Virus record (IMG/VR): IMGVR_UViG_3300029959_000012
Location: 2,421 to 66,420 of that record
Origin: a virus
Lineage: Duplodnaviria > Caudoviricetes
Length of the DNA stretch: 64,000 bases
Strand: one strand, 5' to 3'
Every line of letters begins with the position of its first letter. Within the stretch, counting starts at the first letter, position 1. This document shows positions 58,096-64,000 of the stretch, piece by piece. The position numbers and the translations under genes are program-made. The notes beneath the pieces were generated by a model. That model had not been told where the DNA came from and made no database searches. It worked only from the letters and a program-made list of their open reading frames with translations.

Positions 58096-58752
58096 ATGTC
58101 AAACAACAATGAAGAAACTAACTACAATGGCTGGACCAATTACGAAACATGGTATATAAATCTCTGGCTCACCAACGATCAATCATCATATAACTACTGG
58201 TCATCAGTAACCAATGAATGCACCAGTATCCATGAACTATCAGAACAAATCAAAGATGACATAGACAAAAACAACCCCTTATCATCTGAATCATCCCTCT
58301 ATAGCGATCTCCTCTCATCCGCTATCTCATCCTGTAACTTCTACGAAATCGCCCAAAGTTTCTGGCAAGATTTCCGTCCAAGTGTAATTGAAAAAGCAAA
58401 AGAAGACGCAGCATTAATGATCGAAGCCTTCAATGCATCAAAAGATGATCCAGACTGCATAAACAATAACACCAATTACGATGAACCCTACATATCAGTC
58501 TATTACGGCAGCATCCTAGATCTCACACCATCAGGAAAATACTACACACCATTCGCAAATTCAAACATAACCGAAGATGAAGCCGACGCAGATGAAACCT
58601 ACTGGTCTGAACTCGAATCCGTCCTATCATCTCATAACCTCTGGTACGAATCAGGTGAAGGCGATCCCCTTGATATCTACATATGCGGTCATATCGAAGA
58701 AACCGAAGATAACGATTCAAGTGAAAACAAAGTAACCAATGTTCAGGAGTAA
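58096..58752 (+). CDS. early protein with N-terminal YNGWTNYETW domain (DUF7249-like)
   Basis: YNGWTNYETWYINLWLTND motif seen in viral early genes; ATG 58096 follows an AGGAG. Confidence 0.7.
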   Translation: MSNNNEETNYNGWTNYETWYINLWLTNDQSSYNYWSSVTNECTSIHELSEQIKDDIDKNNPLSSESSLYSDLLSSAISSCNFYEIAQSFWQDFRPSVIEKAKEDAALMIEAFNASKDDPDCINNNTNYDEPYISVYYGSILDLTPSGKYYTPFANSNITEDEADADETYWSELESVLSSHNLWYESGEGDPLDIYICGHIEETEDNDSSENKVTNVQE

Positions 58753-58759
58753 ACCAAAT

Positions 58760-58996
58760 ATGTCTAATCCCAAAGCACAAACTCTTTCAAGCATCAACAG
58801 CGAAATAAAAAGGTTGCAAACCTACATAAACAAATACAGCACATCACCAAACCCCTTACATCAAATGAAACTCATCACCTATCGTGCTGATCTCACAGCC
58901 CTCATAGATCTTCGCTCCCAAATGAAACTTCAATACCAAAAAGAAAAATTACTACGTTCTCACCCACATTTAAAAGATGAACTTAACAAGTTTTAA
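58760..58996 (+). CDS. hypothetical early protein
   Basis: ATG 58760 after CAGGAG. Confidence 0.6.
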   Translation: MSNPKAQTLSSINSEIKRLQTYINKYSTSPNPLHQMKLITYRADLTALIDLRSQMKLQYQKEKLLRSHPHLKDELNKF

Positions 58997-59026
58997 AAAC
59001 TAAAAAAAAAAAAGGAGAATCATATT

Positions 59027-59266
59027 ATGAAAAACAAACCATTGTCCCTCAAAGGTGGATTTAAAAATCCCGATCTAATCGATGACATAAATGAGTTAAG
59101 AGATTATGTCAGATATACCATAGATATATGTAATAGTCAAAAAGATCAAATAACCGATCTAAAAATCTCCTATGAGAGACTTTTATATTGTCATAGTCAA
59201 ATAAAAAGAAATATAATTGAAGAATTAGACTCATTGGAATCTAAAATACTTGAACAAAGTAACTAA
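59027..59266 (+). CDS. hypothetical coiled-coil protein
   Basis: AAGGAG Shine-Dalgarno. Confidence 0.6.
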   Translation: MKNKPLSLKGGFKNPDLIDDINELRDYVRYTIDICNSQKDQITDLKISYERLLYCHSQIKRNIIEELDSLESKILEQSN

Positions 59267-59269
59267 CAG

Positions 59270-59689
59270 GTGACAATCATGATTGAACAACTTCAAACAA
59301 TCCCTAACGACCTAATTAACGATCACCGTTACCATTTCCTCACCGGTGACATAAACTTTAAAACATACGGTGGTGCATGGTATAAACTAGATGGCCCTAA
59401 CGACTATGCTATTATAGAACTTCACAACCTTGAAACAGACATAAACGACACAACCAGCAGTAAATACCTCATAACCGAATCCTGCATAGATCTCAACACA
59501 ATAACCCTACCAACCCTCACAAGTGCCCTCAAATGCTATGGACTAACCATCGAATCACCCAACATAACCCTACAAACAGTAATCGAAGCCCTTCACTCAT
59601 ATGGAGGCTACACAACAGATCACCTTTATACCAACAACTACCTCAAAGGCCTTGCATACTTCGGTCTAACAAAACCATCACACAATTAA
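59270..59689 (+). CDS. hypothetical early protein
   Basis: GDINFKTYGGAWY motif; part of a tightly packed operon. Confidence 0.65.
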   Translation: MTIMIEQLQTIPNDLINDHRYHFLTGDINFKTYGGAWYKLDGPNDYAIIELHNLETDINDTTSSKYLITESCIDLNTITLPTLTSALKCYGLTIESPNITLQTVIEALHSYGGYTTDHLYTNNYLKGLAYFGLTKPSHN

Positions 59690-59702
59690 AAAGGTAATCA
59701 AA

Positions 59703-59909
59703 ATGAAATTCCGATCATATCAAATAAAACTCACCAAAAACTACAATAATACAACATTCATCTTTGATCTCATAATCAAAGATCTCACCCATAACCTCTA
59801 TCACGATCACACAATAACCATATACATCCAACAAAACGATCTAATCTCATATCCAACCCTAATATCAGATCTCACTAACAATAGCATTGATAAAACTCTC
59901 TACCAGTAA
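59703..59909 (+). CDS. hypothetical protein
   Basis: AAGGT Shine-Dalgarno; co-directional. Confidence 0.5.
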   Translation: MKFRSYQIKLTKNYNNTTFIFDLIIKDLTHNLYHDHTITIYIQQNDLISYPTLISDLTNNSIDKTLYQ

Positions 59910-59966
59910 CCCTTACTTTTAACTAAACAACCTAAAAATTTAATTCTAAAAAGGAAAACTCCAAAC

Positions 59967-60179
59967 ATGACAAACATTAAATCAATGAAAAAATTTACTC
60001 GTAATGAATCCTTCACAATGAACAATGGAGGTAATCGAACGATCTATCTAGAAACAGAATCACATAGAATCGGTTACTTCCCACTTTCAACCGAAGATTC
60101 TACTTACCTCCAAACAGTCCCCTACACAAAAGGCCATTATCGATCATGGCCCACCAATGATCCAACCTGTCCCGAATAA
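59967..60179 (+). CDS. hypothetical protein
   Basis: AAGGA Shine-Dalgarno; co-directional. Confidence 0.5.
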   Translation: MTNIKSMKKFTRNESFTMNNGGNRTIYLETESHRIGYFPLSTEDSTYLQTVPYTKGHYRSWPTNDPTCPE

Positions 60180-60319
60180 TGATCACCTACTTTTATAATC
60201 ACCACACAACAAAAAGGTGAGTTATAGAGGTTCAGTCCTCAAAAAGTATTTAAGTGCTTCGCACAGGCTTCGAATTCTGAACAAAGATTGCTTCGCAAAT
60301 GCTTTAAAAATTTAAAGGA

Positions 60320-60514
60320 ATGATATACATCATGAACCAAATTATAAACAACCTAGAGGAACAAATATCTTCCTATGATCGCACAATTGAAATAAACGAC
60401 ATGATAGAACATTATGGAGTAGAAGCCATACTAACCCGTATGTCAGTATACTACCAAAAAGAAACCATACAAGCATTAAACACCGATTTCATCTCTAAAA
60501 ATCTCAAGGAATGA
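60320..60514 (+). CDS. hypothetical protein
   Basis: Co-directional; coupled to the next ORF. Confidence 0.5.
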   Translation: MIYIMNQIINNLEEQISSYDRTIEINDMIEHYGVEAILTRMSVYYQKETIQALNTDFISKNLKE

Positions 60515-60711
60515 TATCCACTATGAAGCAATTAAAAAACAACCTCTATCAAAAAGTGATCCACCACACGCAATTTAGCACTGAATGCATCTATTGCCCA
60601 CGTAACAAAACCTCCCACATAATCAAAGTCACCCGTGACATCAATCAAATCCCCATAACTCATATCATCCACTGCCTAACACCCGACTGTTCCCACAACA
60701 AACAGGAGTAA
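60511..60711 (+). CDS. small zinc-binding protein
   Basis: CIYC and HCLTPDC. Confidence 0.5.
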   Translation: MISTMKQLKNNLYQKVIHHTQFSTECIYCPRNKTSHIIKVTRDINQIPITHIIHCLTPDCSHNKQE

Positions 60712-60719
60712 ACCCAACT

Positions 60720-60995
60720 ATGCCACACGATTTAAACATAATAGATAAAGAACAGGAAGATACTTTTATCATTACATATGATCACCTTGAAAACAAAACA
60801 TTAAACTTATATTTTTGTGAAAAATCACAATTAGAATCACTTAAATCTCATCGTTCACAATTATATCCCTTTCATTTATATGATGATGACCATAACCTAA
60901 TATATTCCGGGCTTTCATCATCCAAAGATTCAATGAGTCCTATTGACATGTTCGGATTCAATGACTCTGGATGTACCGAAATTAAATATATCTAA
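60720..60995 (+). CDS. conserved viral hypothetical protein
   Basis: FHLYDDDHNLIYSG...PIDMFG..DSGCTEIKY motif; ACAGGAG Shine-Dalgarno. Confidence 0.65.
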   Translation: MPHDLNIIDKEQEDTFIITYDHLENKTLNLYFCEKSQLESLKSHRSQLYPFHLYDDDHNLIYSGLSSSKDSMSPIDMFGFNDSGCTEIKYI

Positions 60996-61397
60996 TTTTA
61001 TAAATATTTATAAAACTATTTTTATATAAAATAAAATAATTCACAATTGTGAATATAAAACTATTAATATATAAATAATATTATAAAACTATCATTATAA
61101 AATTATTCGTTTTTCACCGGATTTCAAAAACCTCATAAACTCCTCTAACTACCAAACCACAACTAATTTCCAGTTATTTTTCACATATTACCGCGCAAAT
61201 CATCCATTTCAAAAACCAACCACAAATAAACTAAATAACAACCAAATCCTATATATTACTGGAAACTAATTTTCAACCACACCCGCATATTACCGGCGCC
61301 CAAATCACATTTCAAAACATTACACCTCAATCTATCCACCAAAACATTTAACTACAATTAAAGCCAATATAGTATATACACAGGAGCACCATCGACC

Positions 61398-61559
61398 ATG
61401 ACACAAAAATGTAATCACATCTTCGTCCACCACATGACCTCTGAATGGATCGACGACACTCACTACATCATTGTCTATCAATGCGTCAACTGTAAAGCAG
61501 AACAACGCCAACACCTCACATTGCAAGAAACAATCATCTATGAATGTGAAGATCTCTAA
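61398..61559 (+). CDS. small Cys/His-rich protein (53 aa)
   Basis: MTQKCNHIF...CVNC; CAGGAG upstream. Confidence 0.5.
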   Translation: MTQKCNHIFVHHMTSEWIDDTHYIIVYQCVNCKAEQRQHLTLQETIIYECEDL

Positions 61560-61588
61560 ACTACTAAATTAAAAAGGAAAACCCTAGT

Positions 61589-61774
61589 ATGACATTTAAC
61601 AACGAATTCACCGAACAAGACCTCTACACCGATCTCTCCCGTGTATCTCGCAACCTCTTCCAAGTTGCACGAGATCTAGAAACCGAAGGCGACAAATTCA
61701 CCGCATCAGAAATCGATGAACAACTCATTATCATCAATGACATACTTTCCAAATTGGAGATTGATGCACCATGA
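61589..61774 (+). CDS. hypothetical protein
   Basis: AAGGA Shine-Dalgarno; coupled to the next ORF. Confidence 0.55.
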   Translation: MTFNNEFTEQDLYTDLSRVSRNLFQVARDLETEGDKFTASEIDEQLIIINDILSKLEIDAP

Positions 61775-62040
61775 CAACCATAACCCTACCAAACCAACCA
61801 ACTACCGCCCTCACCCTAACCGAAACTTCCCAAGCCATCGAAGCCCGCATCATCCCCCTGATCACCCACCACAACCACATCATAGCAGCCTTGTCATCAA
61901 CACCGAATGCAACTTATACATCTCAAAACATCAGCACCGAATTTAACAAACTACTATCTGACATCACCAAAGCCCAGGCAGCCCTCGACAAAGCCTACCT
62001 ATCCATCGGCGCCTACCAAATCAAACACCATCTCATCTAA
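61771..62040 (+). CDS. hypothetical protein
   Basis: ATGA overlap with the previous ORF. Confidence 0.55.
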   Translation: MTTITLPNQPTTALTLTETSQAIEARIIPLITHHNHIIAALSSTPNATYTSQNISTEFNKLLSDITKAQAALDKAYLSIGAYQIKHHLI

Positions 62041-62305
62041 CGATGAGGCGCCAGCGCAAGCCTCACAACTAGATGCTTCGCACAAGCCCTGCTTTCCACT
62101 TACAAAACTAAAAGGACAACATCAAAATGACACGATCAATCCGCGTTTACGACAACTCAACCTGCGAAACCTGTCCATACTACCAGATCACTAACTCCAG
62201 TGCCTGTAACCAATACATCCGAACAACCAACGGTAAATGTAATCATCCAGAGTCAAGCACGTGCTCCAACGTATCCACCATCTTCATTGATGAGGAATAA
62301 TAAGT

Positions 62306-62605
62306 ATGATCGTACCAACTGAAAAGTTTAATCCACAAGGACTTCAAAAATCCACTTTCGATTACTACATCAACGAAGCAGAAAAACTAATCACATCAGG
62401 ATCCTCAAGCGATTTAAAAACAGCAGAAATCATCCTTACAATGCTCAACGACTACATAACCCATGATCATGAATTCCTCTGCCTAAAGTGCAAAAATGCA
62501 ATCGACTACCCAGACAGCCTCCAATGTAAATTCAACCTTACCAACGACTTCAGATGTCCAAAATTTGAAGATTTCTCCACCATACCAGCAATGATAACAC
62601 CATAG
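62306..62605 (+). CDS. hypothetical zinc-binding protein
   Basis: CLKC...C...C; GAGGA Shine-Dalgarno. Confidence 0.55.
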   Translation: MIVPTEKFNPQGLQKSTFDYYINEAEKLITSGSSSDLKTAEIILTMLNDYITHDHEFLCLKCKNAIDYPDSLQCKFNLTNDFRCPKFEDFSTIPAMITP

Positions 62606-62616
62606 GAGCCCTAACA

Positions 62617-62856
62617 TTGTCACCTAACACTCCATCTACAAACTGTCTCCACCACCTAGATCCAGACAACCCCACCACAGTCACCCACATAACATGCAAA
62701 TCATGTCACAAAACCCTACCCACTACCGCCTACTATCCCTGTATGATAACCAACAAACAATTCACCTGTAAAGAATGCCACAAATTACAACGGCGTCGAA
62801 GGTATTTAATCCAAAGTGCATTACATAAATCAAACAATGACAATAGTAAACAATAA
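62617..62856 (+). CDS. zinc-finger protein
   Basis: CKSCHKTLPTTAYY...CKECHK..RRRR; similar in type to 48135-48386. Confidence 0.6.
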   Translation: MSPNTPSTNCLHHLDPDNPTTVTHITCKSCHKTLPTTAYYPCMITNKQFTCKECHKLQRRRRYLIQSALHKSNNDNSKQ

Positions 62857-62857
62857 C

Positions 62858-62957
62858 TATTTATACCATAACAACCTACCTGTATGTGCACACTTACCTA
62901 ACATCACGTAACAGAACTTCAAGGCATGTTCCTTGTTGTTCTTTTCGTTTTGTTATG
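62858..62957 (+). ncRNA. dispersed hairpin sRNA-like element, copy E9
   Basis: TATTTATA, CTACCTGTATGTGCAC, interrupted long stem ending CGTTTTGTTATG. Confidence 0.6.
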
Positions 62958-63080
62958 ACTGGTTATTCGATTGCATTGTCTATCCTTGTTAAATGTATAA
63001 CCATGCTATACAATGTCACGCATATTATATCGAAATCTATTGTGTTAGTTTTATATAACTTCAAAACAAATAACTACACC

Positions 63081-64000
63081 ATGACACTTTACACTAAAGC
63101 CGAGTTTGTGGAACTAGCCTTGCAAAAAAATGTTGAGGGAGCCTACATTCACCCAGAATATCGCCGTTTCTACATCAAAAATCTCAACTCACTAACAGCC
63201 GATAACAATTCAGGAAAGCCCCTCAAAGGTTTCATCACCATCTGTGAAACATGCAATGGCATCTTTTTGGGGCACCGCACCGATGGAACTATGTGTGATA
63301 ATTGTGCGGAATCACGATTAAAGCCCTCTCAACAACTCAATGAATCCTATATAGAAGACACACATACCGATCAGGAAATAACCAAAACATTGCGATCCAG
63401 TAAACTCACAAATTACACCGCTGAAGACATCAAACATATCAAAGAACTTAAAAAACAAGAAAAGTTATCATCGGCATCCACACGCCACTGCGCATACTGT
63501 GACACAACCATAAGCAGTTACGAGAACACCACACCACTAGGTCGCCTCTATTGTGGCCCCATACATCGCCGCCTAGCAGACAAAGGCTACCAACCTGTCA
63601 CATTCATCTGCCACCACTGCAACAAACACTTCAAGGCCGTCCACTATCAATATGCACTGTTCTGCTGCGACGAATGCCACAACGCATATAAAACAATTCA
63701 CCCATCGCTCTATAAAACCCTCATGCGAAACAAACCATACAAATATCTATCCAACGAAACATATGACACCGATCAATACATACTGGATCTTATCAACATG
63801 GAAATCAACAAAGAAATTAGCCGCTATCTAGAAGCCAACACACCAAAAAACACCGAGCCAACCACCCCTCTAACCTACAAAGTCCGAACATATTTCCGCA
63901 ACATCGTAAACAATCGCGCCGAAACCCTCAATATATATGACGATTCCACCATAAACAGAAATGCCCCCGAAAAAATCACACCTCGTCAAACAGTTTTAGG
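63081..64000 (+). CDS. multi-zinc-finger protein, runs off the window
   Basis: Open from ATG 63081 (TTTTATATA about 32 nt upstream); CETC, CDNC, CAYC, CHHC and CCDEC. Confidence 0.7.
   Translation, partial: MTLYTKAEFVELALQKNVEGAYIHPEYRRFYIKNLNSLTADNNSGKPLKGFITICETCNGIFLGHRTDGTMCDNCAESRLKPSQQLNESYIEDTHTDQEITKTLRSSKLTNYTAEDIKHIKELKKQEKLSSASTRHCAYCDTTISSYENTTPLGRLYCGPIHRRLADKGYQPVTFICHHCNKHFKAVHYQYALFCCDECHNAYKTIHPSLYKTLMRNKPYKYLSNETYDTDQYILDLINMEINKEISRYLEANTPKNTEPTTPLTYKVRTYFRNIVNNRAETLNIYDDSTINRNAPEKITPRQTVL

Noticed and set aside
3099-62957. The hairpin elements as genes for small hydrophobic peptides (type I toxin-like), starting at the ATG in TGTATG or GTTATG
   Set aside because: Frame and length are not conserved: E5 gives 39 aa, E3 stops after 7 codons and E1 reads the conserved arm in a different frame. 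The hydrophobicity follows from T-richness.
3099-62957. The elements as a CRISPR or TIGR array, or as C/D or H/ACA guide RNAs
   Set aside because: They are dispersed rather than tandem, have no repeat-spacer periodicity and no RUGAUGA/CUGA boxes. G:U pairing favours the strand that lacks a 3' ACA. No Cas or Nop-domain gene is seen in the window.
3099-62957. The elements as integron attC sites
   Set aside because: Some stems run TAAC...GTTA, but the right end GTTATG(G/A) does not fit GTTRRRY, copies occur in both orientations with their own TATA boxes, and no integrase is present in the window.
62955-63081. N-terminal extension of the last ORF from the ATG at the end of element E9
   Set aside because: It is in frame, but the gene has its own TATA box about 32 nt before ATG 63081, so the extension is probably incidental.
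1-64000. tRNA or rRNA genes, transposases, integrase, alternative genetic code
   Set aside because: I saw no cloverleaf with T-loop and D-loop consensus and no transposase or recombinase motifs by eye. Long genes are intact under the standard code. tRNAscan-SE would be needed to exclude intron-containing tRNAs.

Overview
The window is a 64-kb segment of a large tailed dsDNA virus (Caudoviricetes, siphovirus-like). The host is almost certainly an archaeon, probably a methanogen: TTTATATA TATA boxes lie about 27-32 nt before many start codons, and the window encodes an HMf-type histone, an MCM-like AAA+ ATPase, an ATP-dependent ligase and PKD/DUF2341 proteins. Layout: replication and nucleotide-metabolism genes on + (1-5 kb); a complete morphogenesis module on - (5.2-45.8 kb: tail fibres, tail tip, a 3099-aa tape-measure-like polyvalent protein, tail chaperones, two tail tubes, neck, capsid, protease, portal, terminase); accessory genes (45.8-54.6 kb); a roughly 2-kb non-coding region where strand composition flips (about 54.77 kb); and small early-type ORFs on + (56.6-64 kb). 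Main unexpected observations: (1) nine dispersed copies of a TATA-driven, about 75-nt element with a fixed 5' motif (CCACCTGTATGT) and a long G:U-rich hairpin whose 3' arm is conserved, a candidate viral small-RNA family, plus a larger structured RNA carrying the same arm; (2) stand-alone truncated paralogs of the virus's own major capsid protein (two) and terminase ATPase (one), possibly decoys or interference proteins; (3) peptidase and ADP-ribosyltransferase modules inside the tape-measure protein, separated by repeated [FY]AxGG motifs; (4) a likely +1 frameshift in the tail chaperone. All product calls come from motif recognition by eye. No database searches were run.
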